DNA of 64,000 nt from Dehalococcoidia bacterium (GTDB lineage Bacteria > Chloroflexota > Dehalococcoidia > Lucifugimonadales > UBA3495). The stretch spans positions 729,565-793,564 of the forward strand of contig CBDCQM010000005.1 of the NCBI GenBank assembly GCA_965220605.1, in the 5' to 3' direction. Positions 17,576 through 26,190 of this stretch are shown piece after piece (the first letter of the stretch is position 1; every line of letters begins with the position of its first letter). Under the pieces are notes generated by a model, which did not search any database, was not told the origin of the DNA, and saw only the letters and a program-made list of their open reading frames with translations. The position numbers and the translations under genes are program-made.

Positions 17576-18007
17576 ATGACACTCTCCGCTAACCCGCCGG
17601 TTGCCACCGACCTGGTACACCACATCGGCATTGCCGTATCCAGCCTGGATGAGAGCATCGAGTTCTACCGCGGCCTGTTCGGATTCAAGCCCGGCCAGAT
17701 CATCGTCCGCGAGGACATCGGAGTGCGCGGCTGCTTTGTGCCCGTGGGGGAGACCAATCTCGAGTTGCTGGAAGGGACTAGCCCCGACAGCCTGATCTCC
17801 ACGCACATCGCAAACCGGGGGGAGGGACTCCACCACGTCTGCTTCGAGGTTGAGGGGATAGCCGACAAGCTGAAGACGCTGGACGAGCTTGGCGTTCGCC
17901 TGATAGACAAGGTGCCGCGCACCGGTCTCATGGGCGGCGACATCGGCTTCATGCACCCGTCGGCGGCGCGCGGGGTGCTGATCGAGCTGGCCCAGCACGG
18001 CCACTAA
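17576..18007 (+). CDS. mce: Methylmalonyl-CoA epimerase (VOC superfamily)
   Basis: VHHIGIAVSSLDESIEFY...GEGLHHVCFEV...GFMHP...GVLIEL. GGGAGGGAG lies upstream of the ATG at 17576. Confidence 0.85.
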   Translation: MTLSANPPVATDLVHHIGIAVSSLDESIEFYRGLFGFKPGQIIVREDIGVRGCFVPVGETNLELLEGTSPDSLISTHIANRGEGLHHVCFEVEGIADKLKTLDELGVRLIDKVPRTGLMGGDIGFMHPSAARGVLIELAQHGH

Positions 18008-18187
18008 GGCCGCGTCGTCAAATTGAGTTGCCGGACACGCGACGGTCCTTTTCCCGTCATTCCGGCGAAAGCCGGAATCCAGACGCGCTCTATACCGCAG
18101 AATGATTTGCCTGCGGAAAACCCTGGATTCCTCCTGAGCTCGCCGATGGGTTTCGCCGGAATGACGGGTTAATTTGACGATACACAC
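18007..18187. mobile_element. MITE, A-ended family (degenerate copy), abutting the mce stop codon
   Basis: gtcgtcaaattgag...gtcattccggcgaaagccggaatccag...(damaged second hairpin)...gaatgacgggttaatttgacgat. TA is present at both flanks (18005-06 and 18188-89). Confidence 0.7.
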
Positions 18188-18271
18188 TAGGTCGCGAAAG
18201 CGGGAATCAGGATAAGAGTCAGGCAGTTACCGATTTCACCCTCACTCTTGAAGGGGGAGGAAATTCTGAAA

Positions 18272-18308
18272 GCGGTCAAACAAAACGGGCGACGATTCTT
18301 CGTCGCCC
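18272..18308 (-). terminator. Rho-independent terminator of ssrA
   Basis: Minus strand reads GGGCGACG-aagaat-CGTCGCCC followed by GTTTTGTTTG. Confidence 0.6.
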
Positions 18309-18325
18309 CTGTTGCATTTGAAGAT

Positions 18326-18679
18326 TGGTGGAGACGGGGGAGAGTCGAACTCCCCGTCCAGAAGAACCTATAAGCCGGATGTGCTACAAGCTTGTCCGCC
18401 GGTTTGATCTTGGACTCTTCAGGCACCGCCGACGCAACCTGGAGAGACCCAGCCGGTGAATCTTTGGCCGCCCTTACCGGCGTCGGATTGGCCGCATCCC
18501 GGACTTATGGCGCCTGACTCCCCTCCTCCGGGAATAGCTGGGAGCAGACGTAGCCGCGTTTAGGCGGCTAGAGCGAATTCACGTTCGCCAGTTACTTTGC
18601 GCCACCTGTTTAACGAGGTTTGATGGCACCTCGGCTTGCAATCCGTTACAGAACGCCCCTGTCGAACCCGCGCGTCCCC
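18326..18679 (-). ncRNA. ssrA: tmRNA (SsrA), predicted tag GEREFALAA
   Basis: 5' end GGGGACGCGCGGGTTCGACAGGGG. 3' tRNA-like end GGACGGGGAGTTCGACTCTCCCCCGTCTCCACCA. Internal reading frame GGC GAA CGT GAA TTC GCT CTA GCC GCC TAA at 18589-18560. Confidence 0.9.
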
Positions 18680-18743
18680 ATGTCTACAATGGCCCTGTCG
18701 CCACTCCCGGCCATCGCGTGAACGACGGCAGACCTTTGTGGAA

Positions 18744-18819
18744 TGGCGACCCGGATGGGATTCGAACCCACGATCTCTGGCGTGACAGGCCAGTATGTTA
18801 ACCGCTACACCACCGGGCC
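18744..18819 (-). tRNA. tRNA-Asp (GTC), CCA encoded
   Basis: GGCCCGGTGGTGTAGCGGTTAACATACTGGCCTGTCACGCCAGAGATCGTGGGTTCGAATCCCATCCGGGTCGCCA. A 7-bp acceptor stem, anticodon loop CTGTCAC and a T-loop GGTTCGAATCC. Confidence 0.9.
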
Positions 18820-18949
18820 ATAAGCAACTGCGCCACACCCGGCCCAGCTATTTGAGTGTATGACGTGCGGATTTCGTTGTCAATACGGGGATGCCGGGCG
18901 GCAGCGTTCCGAATTAGGTGGTTTCCTTTAACGGACTGATTTCAACGGA

Positions 18950-18978
18950 GCGTAGGGGCGGGTTTGAAACCCGCCCCT
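18950..18978. terminator. GC-rich hairpin downstream of the CDF transporter gene (terminator candidate)
   Basis: gtaggggcgggttt-g-aaacccgcccctac. No clear U-tract. Confidence 0.4.
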
Positions 18979-19042
18979 ACAGGATACGCACCGCCTAAAT
19001 TGAAACCCCATCTGCCGGGCGGCCAGGGCGTTTTGGCAGGAA

Positions 19043-20002
19043 TCAGCCGCCCCAGCGGGACCTGGCTTCCAGGTGGCCCAGGTGGTGGTCTTCAAGGCAG
19101 TCCGTGGCGGACTCCTCGAACTGAAGGGTCAGGTGGCTGACTCCATGCTTCTTGTAAACCAGCTCGCGCATTTGAACCAGAAGCCGGTCGGTATGCACTG
19201 CATAGCCCGGCTCAATTACGATGTGAGCGGTCAGCGCATGATAGCCTTCCGAGATGGTCCATGCGTGAACATCGTGAATCAAAGTCACGCCAGGAACATC
19301 TTCGATGTCGGAGCAAAGCCGGTAGAGGTCCAGATGCTCCGGCGTCCCTTCCATCAAGGCGTAGAAAACCTTGAGGATGAGCCGCCACGAACTCGCGGCA
19401 ATCAGGGCGGCGATCCCTATGGAAACGATGGGGTCGGCGATCGTCCAGCCGTTGAACATGACCAGCACCGCGGCAACAACCACGCCCACCGACGCCATGA
19501 AGTCGGAAATAAGGTGGCGGAAAGCGTCATCCGCCCTCTGGTTGCGTTGGGCGCCGAGCCGGAGTATGACGGCGGAAACAATGTTGACCACCAGACCGAT
19601 GATGCCGATGACAAGCATCACGCCGCCCTCGATCTCCAGTTCCGACCGGTCGCGCAGACGGTTGATTCCTTCAAACAGCACCCAGGCGGCGACCAGCCAG
19701 AGAGCCAGGGCGCTGAGCATCGCCCCGGCGACCTCGGCCCGGTGGTAGCCGAAGGTGCGCTCGATGGAGGCCGGCCGGCCCTCGGCCCACGCAGTGAACA
19801 GGGCTATCGAGATGGCAGCGGCCGACGCCAGCATGTGCCCTGCGTCGGCCAGAAGGGCGAGGCTGCCGGCCAGGGCGCCGGCGATGATCTCGGCAACAAG
19901 AAGTCCAAGAACCAGCGCCAGCGCAATGACGAGGCTGGTCCTGCCCGCTCGAGAGGCCCGCTGTTCAGTTTCCTCTTCCTGCCGCTGAAGGCCTGTCGCC
20001 AT
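19043..20002 (-). CDS. Cation diffusion facilitator family transporter (CzcD/ZitB-like)
   Basis: Six TM helices, HxxxD-type motifs (LLADAGHML; FRHLISDF) and a C-terminal cytoplasmic domain. ATG at 20002 is preceded by AAGGA. Confidence 0.85.
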   Translation of the reverse strand: MATGLQRQEEETEQRASRAGRTSLVIALALVLGLLVAEIIAGALAGSLALLADAGHMLASAAAISIALFTAWAEGRPASIERTFGYHRAEVAGAMLSALALWLVAAWVLFEGINRLRDRSELEIEGGVMLVIGIIGLVVNIVSAVILRLGAQRNQRADDAFRHLISDFMASVGVVVAAVLVMFNGWTIADPIVSIGIAALIAASSWRLILKVFYALMEGTPEHLDLYRLCSDIEDVPGVTLIHDVHAWTISEGYHALTAHIVIEPGYAVHTDRLLVQMRELVYKKHGVSHLTLQFEESATDCLEDHHLGHLEARSRWGG

Positions 20003-20057
20003 TCCTTCTCTTCTCCAGGAGCGTCGCAATAGCGCCTAGCATTCTCCCTGTACTACC

Positions 20058-20160
20058 TTTTCACCCCCACCCTAACCCTCCCCTTCAAGGGGGAGGGGAT
20101 ATGCAATACTGCCAGAGCGAGGACGGAAATCCAGAGACCTCTCCCTTCAAGAGGGAGGGA
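20058..20160. repeat. Two consecutive family B REP-like hairpins
   Basis: ttcacccccaccctaaccctccccttcaagggggaggggatatgcaatac ... ctctcccttcaagagggagggaatatgccacac. Confidence 0.6.
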
Positions 20161-20174
20161 ATATGCCACACTCC

Positions 20175-20831
20175 CTAAAGCTGGAAGGTCTTCTTCCAAA
20201 TGCCCGGGGAACCGGCGGCATGGGTCATGACGTCTCGCATCCGCTGGTTGTCGGGGTGGGCTTCCCTCTGACGCAGCCACTCCTCGGTCTGCGACACATT
20301 CTCGTCCTCGAACTCGTAAACGGTGGCGTATGACGGCGCCCCGCGAACGGCCTTCCACCTGCGTCCCCGGATACATCCGGGAACCTTCTCGTAGTTCGGC
20401 ACATAAACGCCGGAGTACCAGTCATTCCACTCGGCGTCGTTGGCGGCTGGGACATCCATGCGGCCGATCTGCAAAGCAGCAGCCATATCGCTGTTGGCGA
20501 TGTCGTCCGTCAATGCTCCCGGATGGATCATTTCGTAGACGTTGTTCATGAAGTTGGTGCCGATGATGCTGGGGCTGACCCTCTGGCCCCATTCCGTTCT
20601 CGGGCGGTTCTTGAACGCATCCGTCTCGATGACGGCCGGGCTCTCGAGTTCGTACACGGCCATGTGTTTCGGGCCGCTGCTGGTAGCCTCGTACCGTGCG
20701 GCGTTCAGCACCCCGGGGACCGACAGCAACTCCGCCAGGTGCTCCTCGTTGTACCAGCGATTGAAGTCATCTTCCATTTCGGCCGGGATGTCGGCCCAAA
20801 CAATCATGAGTCCGGTGCCTTTCTTGACCAT
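20175..20831 (-). CDS. Two-domain protein of unknown function; resembles EthD/DUF4286-type dimeric alpha/beta-barrel proteins
   Basis: Internal duplication: IVWADIPAEMEDDFNRWYNEEHLAELLSVPGVLNAARY versus MDVPAANDAEWNDWYSGVYVPNYEKVPGCIRGRRW. The family call is from memory only. Confidence 0.4.
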   Translation of the reverse strand: MVKKGTGLMIVWADIPAEMEDDFNRWYNEEHLAELLSVPGVLNAARYEATSSGPKHMAVYELESPAVIETDAFKNRPRTEWGQRVSPSIIGTNFMNNVYEMIHPGALTDDIANSDMAAALQIGRMDVPAANDAEWNDWYSGVYVPNYEKVPGCIRGRRWKAVRGAPSYATVYEFEDENVSQTEEWLRQREAHPDNQRMRDVMTHAAGSPGIWKKTFQL

Positions 20832-20941
20832 AACTACCTCCGGCGGCTATTACAGATCGATTCTTTGCGGATTTTCACTCGGCAATTTTGTTGCGGCAAT
20901 AATAACCGCGACGCCGCCATTTTGCATCATTGGGCTTGGCA

Positions 20942-22171
20942 TCACCAGATGATTCCAGCTTCTTCCAGATCGTGCACCTCTTCCGGCGCAAGACCCAGGA
21001 TCCCGGAAAACACGTCGACGTTGTGCTGCCCGAGTTCAGGGGTCCAGCTGTCGATGCGGGCCGGAGTTTCGGAGAATCGCCACGGCGGCGCCACCGCTCG
21101 CTGCTGTTCCCCCGTGTCTGTGTTGCGCACCAACGGGAAAGCCCCACGCTCCTGCAGGTGAGGGTCCCTCATCAGGGCGTCGGGTGAAAGGGATGGATGA
21201 GCCGGGACGCCGTGGCGCTGGAGCTTTGTCGCGGCGTCGGCAGCGGTGTGAAGAACAGTCCATGCTTCTACAAGGGCGTCCAACTCGTCGTGCTTACGCC
21301 AGCGACGGAAAGCGTCGCCAAACTCATCGCCCGTAGCCCACGGCGGGCTGTCGATTGCAGCGACAAAGCCCGCCCACTCCACTTCCGACGCAACGGAGAT
21401 ACTGATCCATTCGTCCTCGCCCTTGCAGCGGTACACCCCCTGGGGCGCGGCTGACCGGTCCCGGTTTCCCTGGCGGAGCGACTCACGATAGTTCATCGCC
21501 ACGTCAAGCAGTTCGGGCCCAATGAACGAGGTGGCCAGGTCCCGCACCGACACGTCGACGTGCTGGCCGAGACCGGTGCGCTGCCGGGCCGACAGGGCGG
21601 CAACGGCAGCGAAGGCCGCCAGCATTCCGCCCGTGTGGTCCATGGCGTGGCGTAGCTCTACGGGAGGCCCGTCGGCGTATCCGGTCAGGTGTCCCAGCCC
21701 GCCCAGCGCGGCGAACATCGGGGCATACCCGGCGTAGCTGCTTTCCGGGCCGGTCTGCCCATTGGAGGACAGAGAAACAAGGATGATGTCGGGGCGGACT
21801 TCCTTCATGGCTTCGTAACTGAGTCCCAAGCGTTGCATCACGCCCGGCCGGAAGTTCTCCAGGGCCAGTTCCGCAACGGCAACCAGTTCCAGGGCCAGCT
21901 CGACCGCCCGGGGCTCCTTTAGGTTAAGGCACACCGACATCTTGTTGGCGTTGATCTGCTCGAAGCTGGACGGCGGCTTGCCGTACATGGCGTGTGGGCG
22001 GCGGGTGATGTCCAGCCGCGCTGAGCTTTCGATCTTGATCACCTGCGCGCCCAGTTCGGCCAGCATCAGGCCGGCGAAGGGGCCGGCGGCGTGCACCGAA
22101 AAGTCGGCAACACGCACGCCAGCGAGGGGGCCAGCCGGTTTTGCCGTTGCGGATGATTCATTGGAGGTCAT
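20942..22171 (-). CDS. CaiB/BaiF family III CoA-transferase (paralog 1)
   Basis: LAGVRVADFSVHAAGPFAGLMLAELGAQVIKIE..., GYAPMFAALGG, TGLGQHVDVS. 409 aa. Confidence 0.85.
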   Translation of the reverse strand: MTSNESSATAKPAGPLAGVRVADFSVHAAGPFAGLMLAELGAQVIKIESSARLDITRRPHAMYGKPPSSFEQINANKMSVCLNLKEPRAVELALELVAVAELALENFRPGVMQRLGLSYEAMKEVRPDIILVSLSSNGQTGPESSYAGYAPMFAALGGLGHLTGYADGPPVELRHAMDHTGGMLAAFAAVAALSARQRTGLGQHVDVSVRDLATSFIGPELLDVAMNYRESLRQGNRDRSAAPQGVYRCKGEDEWISISVASEVEWAGFVAAIDSPPWATGDEFGDAFRRWRKHDELDALVEAWTVLHTAADAATKLQRHGVPAHPSLSPDALMRDPHLQERGAFPLVRNTDTGEQQRAVAPPWRFSETPARIDSWTPELGQHNVDVFSGILGLAPEEVHDLEEAGIIW

Positions 22172-22216
22172 TACAGCACCTCAATATTGCCGAGTGGTGA
22201 ACTCGAAGAAACCGCC

Positions 22217-22314
22217 CCTAAAATCAGTAGCAGCTTTCTTTTCTGTTTTCCCGTGCATCAGATTCACCCCCACCCCAACCCTCCCCCTCAAGGGGGAGGG
22301 AGCTTTTGAGATAG
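22217..22314. repeat. REP/MITE-like element family B long form
   Basis: cctaaaatcagtagcagctttc...ttcacccccaccccaaccctccccctcaagggggagggagcttttgagatag. Confidence 0.6.
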
Positions 22315-22320
22315 TTACTA

Positions 22321-22484
22321 GGGGGTGTCGTCAAATTAACTCGTCATTCCGGCGAAAGCCGGAATCCAGGGGTTTCCGCAGGCAAATCATTTTGCGGCGT
22401 AGAGCGAGCCTGGATTCCGGCTTTCGCCGGAATGACGGGAAAAGGACCGTCGCGTGTCCGGTAACCCAATTTGACGACACTCCC
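22321..22484. mobile_element. MITE, A-ended family, intact 164-bp copy flanked by TA
   Basis: TA|gggggtgtcgtcaaatta...gtcattccggcgaaagccggaatccag...ctggattccggctttcgccggaatgac...aatttgacgacactccc|TA. Confidence 0.8.
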
Positions 22485-22536
22485 TAAGGGGACTATACCC
22501 TCCACCTCAAGGGAGAGGGGACTAAGGGGACTGTTT

Positions 22537-23112
22537 CTATGCCATCCTGCTCGCGCCACTCCGCTGTGAGGGACTCGGCTCGTTGGGAATCGCCACCGCG
22601 GCGACAAACCCTGCTCCAAGCCCGCACAGGTGCCCCTCCCAGGATACCTGAACATCGGTAGGCAGCAGACCCGAAAGTATTATCGTTCCGAACACAGCGG
22701 CTACGACCAGAGCCACCAGGACCGACAGGATGCTCCGGTCCAGGATTCCCTTGAGAAGAAGGTATCCGAACAGTCCGAAGACCAGCCCGCTTGCCCCAAC
22801 GTGGATTGCCGGCCTTCCCACGACCCAGAGGGCAACACCCGATACAAGGACGATGGCAAGGCAGACCCAGGGGAACCTGCTGCCGCTCCGCATCACCGCC
22901 AGGGTTCCCAGCGCCAACAGACCCACTGAGTTCGACTGGACATGCGCGAAACTTCCATGAAGAAAGGGACCCAACGGGATACCGGCAAGACCCTGGACTG
23001 TCCTGGGCGCCAGCCCGTAGGCGTTGAAAGCGTGATCGAAGAAGTTGTTCGCCATTTCGATCAGCATTATCAGTCCGATGAAACCGATGAGGAAGTACAA
23101 ACTGGAATTCAC
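22537..23112 (-). CDS. Rhomboid family intramembrane serine protease
   Basis: FLHGSFAHVQSNS (H..xN) and the GASGLVFGLFG (GxSG) motif. Six TM helices. 191 aa. Confidence 0.8.
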   Translation of the reverse strand: MNSSLYFLIGFIGLIMLIEMANNFFDHAFNAYGLAPRTVQGLAGIPLGPFLHGSFAHVQSNSVGLLALGTLAVMRSGSRFPWVCLAIVLVSGVALWVVGRPAIHVGASGLVFGLFGYLLLKGILDRSILSVLVALVVAAVFGTIILSGLLPTDVQVSWEGHLCGLGAGFVAAVAIPNEPSPSQRSGASRMA

Positions 23113-23137
23113 CCACAGCCCTCGCCCGTCGCCTGCG

Positions 23138-24358
23138 CTAGATCACTTCGGCCCGCGCCAGTACGGTCAACTCCTCGGCGGAGTATCCGAGCGCATGAAA
23201 TACCTCCGCATTATGCTCCCCCAGCAACGGCGCCCGGCGAATTTTCGGAGGGGTCTCGCTCATTCGCAACGGCACATCCGCGTAGTCGAAGTCTCCGGCC
23301 TCCGGGTGACTCACCGGCACGAAGAAGTCTCGTTCCCGTTGCTGCGGGCTGTCAAAGACCTCCCGTGGAGTCAGGTAGGGTGCGATGGGTACTCCATGTG
23401 CCTGCCCTTCACGGTAGAGCCACTCGCGAGTGTGCTTTGCCATCCATTCCCGCAGTTTTTCGTTGACCTCCGGTCCGTGGGTGGCCGGATCGCGAAACTT
23501 TTCCGGCGTGGCCCACTCCGGTTCACCGAGAAACCGGACCAGATTCTCCCACTGCCGAGCCTCAAGCGTCAGCAGCTCGACAAAACCGTCCGCAGCAGGC
23601 ATCACGCCGCCCATCCGGAAGAACCTGGAGAAACGGGTTTCCGTGAACCCTTCCGCTTCAAGACGCTGTACCGGCAGATAGCCGATGGCCATCTGCGCCT
23701 CCTGCATCGAAGAGTCGACGGACTGCCCGATGCCACTTTCCCATTGGGCGACTACCGCTCCGAGGATGCCAACGGCGGCGGTCAACCCTCCCTGATAGGA
23801 GGCCATCATGCCACCGGCGGTTATGGGCGCCCGGTCGGGAAAAGTGTCGAGAGCCAGCCCGTTGGGAAGGAGGTTGCCTTCGCCCCCGGCGTGGAACACG
23901 TTGATGTCGTGGGCAGCGTATCCCGCGTTAGGTCCGCCGGACCCGAATGGCGTGACGGCGGCGACGATAAGCGCCGGATTGATTCCGGCAAGGGACTCAC
24001 GAGTGAGACCCCTGGCCGCTGCGTCATCAGGCTGGGAATCGTGAATGAGAACGTGCGCCTCCCCGGCCAGGCGCGCCAGGATCTCGCGACCCTCGGGATC
24101 GTCAACGTCCAGCGTCACGCCTCGCTTGCCGGTGTTGAGGTAGAGAAAGCTCCCGCTGCGTTCGGGATGAGGGGCGTCACCTGGAAAGGGCCCGCGTCGT
24201 CGGGACGTGTCGCCTACCTTCGGCGGCTCCACCTTCATCACGTCCGCGCCCAGGGCCGCAAGCAGCTTGCCACAGTAAGGAGCGGCCACCATCGTTCCCA
24301 ACTCGAGGACGCGGAGGCCGTCAAGCGCTCTAGACGGATTTTCGACGATCAAGGTCAT
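23138..24358 (-). CDS. CaiB/BaiF family III CoA-transferase (paralog 2)
   Basis: LDGLRVLELGTMVAAPYCGKLLAALGADVMKVE... 406 aa. The ATG overlaps the stop of the upstream protease gene (ATGA). Confidence 0.85.
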   Translation of the reverse strand: MTLIVENPSRALDGLRVLELGTMVAAPYCGKLLAALGADVMKVEPPKVGDTSRRRGPFPGDAPHPERSGSFLYLNTGKRGVTLDVDDPEGREILARLAGEAHVLIHDSQPDDAAARGLTRESLAGINPALIVAAVTPFGSGGPNAGYAAHDINVFHAGGEGNLLPNGLALDTFPDRAPITAGGMMASYQGGLTAAVGILGAVVAQWESGIGQSVDSSMQEAQMAIGYLPVQRLEAEGFTETRFSRFFRMGGVMPAADGFVELLTLEARQWENLVRFLGEPEWATPEKFRDPATHGPEVNEKLREWMAKHTREWLYREGQAHGVPIAPYLTPREVFDSPQQRERDFFVPVSHPEAGDFDYADVPLRMSETPPKIRRAPLLGEHNAEVFHALGYSAEELTVLARAEVI

Positions 24359-24774
24359 AGAAAATATGGCGGGTGATTTACTTCTTCGTCCGGCACGTCT
24401 TCCACTTGCTCGGTCACCGAGTTCACCCGCAGCCTCATATTTTGCAGACGCTCGTAACCAATCAAGGGTATCGGTGCCGGGGCAACCATAGCGGTGAAAC
24501 CATTTCCTCGGGGCCGGTCAACAATTACCCTGCCGGTTATGGAGTAGGTATCCAGTTCAACGACCCCAGTCGCAGTCAGGAATCTGGTTTGTCCATCAGG
24601 CACCACGTGCAGACCCAGGGCTTCGATTTCCTCCATCGGCAAGCCCATCAGGGCCGCGCCAGTGTCCACCAGAAAAGAGTATCTCCTGGTATCGGACGGG
24701 CCAAAAATGACAGCTTCCACGAAAGTTCTTCCCATGGGCTTCAATCCTATGCCGGTACTTTTGGGTAAATTCAT
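24355..24774 (-). CDS. Retropepsin-like (clan AA) aspartic protease domain protein
   Basis: 139 aa with FLVDTGAALMGLP (D-T-G-A active-site signature) and a later ...PLIGYERLQNMRL flap/dimer-like segment. Confidence 0.65.
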   Translation of the reverse strand: MNLPKSTGIGLKPMGRTFVEAVIFGPSDTRRYSFLVDTGAALMGLPMEEIEALGLHVVPDGQTRFLTATGVVELDTYSITGRVIVDRPRGNGFTAMVAPAPIPLIGYERLQNMRLRVNSVTEQVEDVPDEEVNHPPYFL

Positions 24775-24780
24775 GTACGA

Positions 24781-24857
24781 GTTACGCAGCTGGAGATTTT
24801 CGCCTTCACCCTAACCCTCTCCCTCAAGAGTGGGGATAACTGAACTGCGTAAGTCCT
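24781..24857. repeat. Family B hairpin with alternative ends (TTACGCAG / CTGCGTAAGTCCT)
   Basis: gttacgcagctgg...cttcaccctaaccctctccctcaagagtgggg...gaactgcgtaagtcct. Same architecture as 33558-33632. Confidence 0.55.
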
Positions 24858-24874
24858 ATCGTGTTATGGGACAC

Positions 24875-26110
24875 CTACTCCGGCAGTATCGGCGGCATGG
24901 GCTCGCTGCGCGGCGCTTCGCGCAGGCTCAGGGCGTGTCCATCGGTGAACCAGGGCACGCGAGGGTCGCGGGAAGGGAGCATCACGGTTGCCTGGCCCGG
25001 GGCGGTAACCTCGCCTCGCTGGTTTTCCGCCCAGATCTCAAGGTCCACCAGCGGGGCGCCGTCGTAGATGCGCTTGCCGATCACGCGGCCCCTGCACCAC
25101 TGGGTATCTCCGTAAACATTGAAGCGACGACATTCCACCCGGAGGCGCTTCAGGAACGCGTCGTCGCCCATCCAGTTGGTGACCAGCGTCCCCATCCACG
25201 ACACGCGCTGCGGGCCGTAATCGTAAGCGCCGGGTACGCCCACGGCCTCCGCTACCGAGTCGCGGAGGTGGCCGATCCCGGTGTACTCAAGCCCGCCTCC
25301 TGCCTCGGGATTACGGAAGAAGTGGTCCGGGTGCCGCAGCGCCTCCCGCAGCAGCACGCCGTGGGCGCTTGACCGTCCGGTGCCCACGAGAAAAGCCGAA
25401 ACATCCTGCAACGAAAGCGGCCCCCGGACCACCGGCTCCAGCTCGTCGCCGATGTTGGTGTCCTCGTAGTACCGGGGCAGGCTGCCCCTGGCCTTCTCCG
25501 CCAGCACCTGCTGGTCGATGGCCTCCAGCTCCTCGGGAGTGTACTCGTGGCGGCGGGGAACGCTGGAGTACTTGCCCCGCTCCCGGGAGGCGCGGCGCTG
25601 GTGGCGGGTACACCAACCAACAACCCGCGCGACCAGTTCGTCCCGCTGGTTGGTGTAGATGGTCTCCACAAACTGGATGACAAGCGTTTCCGAGTACCGG
25701 CTCTGGCGCTCCTGGACATCCAGCACCCTCTCAATGCAGTTGACCGCGTCGCCGGGGCGGATGTTGCGGAAGTTCTCCCAGTCGTTGCCCGCGAAGAATC
25801 CGTGGACGCCGGGCAACCCCCAGCGGGTGCGGCCCGACCAGTGGCGCATGTAGGGCGCGCACGGGTGCCCGATGACGGAGCCGTACTTGGAGTAAGCGGC
25901 ATATTCCTGGTCGCGGAATATGGGGTTGCTGTCGCCGATGCCGTTGACGAAGTTGAGCAGCGCCCCCAGGGAGGCGTCTCGAACGAAGTTCTCGGTACGC
26001 ATCCTCGTACCGATCATTGCCTTGGCGCGGGCGATGGCCTCGGGCGTTATACCGCCCTCCACCTCCGGCAGGGTCTCGACTACGCGCTCGCGCTCGTTCT
26101 GGCTGGTCAT
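24875..26110 (-). CDS. Double hot-dog MaoC-like (R)-specific enoyl-CoA hydratase/dehydratase
   Basis: 411 aa. The N-terminal half resembles the MaoC_dehydrat_N/FAS1-DH region and the C-terminal half resembles MaoC dehydratase (…YDYGPQRVSWMGTLVTNWMG…). Confidence 0.75.
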   Translation of the reverse strand: MTSQNERERVVETLPEVEGGITPEAIARAKAMIGTRMRTENFVRDASLGALLNFVNGIGDSNPIFRDQEYAAYSKYGSVIGHPCAPYMRHWSGRTRWGLPGVHGFFAGNDWENFRNIRPGDAVNCIERVLDVQERQSRYSETLVIQFVETIYTNQRDELVARVVGWCTRHQRRASRERGKYSSVPRRHEYTPEELEAIDQQVLAEKARGSLPRYYEDTNIGDELEPVVRGPLSLQDVSAFLVGTGRSSAHGVLLREALRHPDHFFRNPEAGGGLEYTGIGHLRDSVAEAVGVPGAYDYGPQRVSWMGTLVTNWMGDDAFLKRLRVECRRFNVYGDTQWCRGRVIGKRIYDGAPLVDLEIWAENQRGEVTAPGQATVMLPSRDPRVPWFTDGHALSLREAPRSEPMPPILPE

Positions 26111-26154
26111 TTGTTGATCTCCACCGTCGGGTTGCGCCTTCTCACGGGGACGCC

Positions 26155-26186
26155 CTCACCCTAACCCTCTCCCAGAGGGAGAGGGG
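26155..26186. repeat. Family B REP-like hairpin
   Basis: ctcaccctaaccctctcccagagggagagggg. Confidence 0.6.
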
Positions 26187-26190
26187 ATTG

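Noticed and set aside
18005-18007. The idea that the mce stop codon TAA was created by the MITE insertion
   Set aside because: The TA flank plus a degenerate first base of the element could form TAA. However, this copy is too degenerate to reconstruct the pre-insertion sequence, so the idea is not supportable from this window alone.
18560-18838. 92-aa minus-strand ORF
   Set aside because: It overlaps the tmRNA 5' half and the whole tRNA-Asp gene, so it is spurious.
18190-19043. Genomic island integrated at tmRNA/tRNA-Asp
   Set aside because: No integrase gene, no duplicated 3' tRNA or tmRNA segment (att-like repeat), and the neighbours are ordinary chromosomal genes. Only MITE and REP copies are present.
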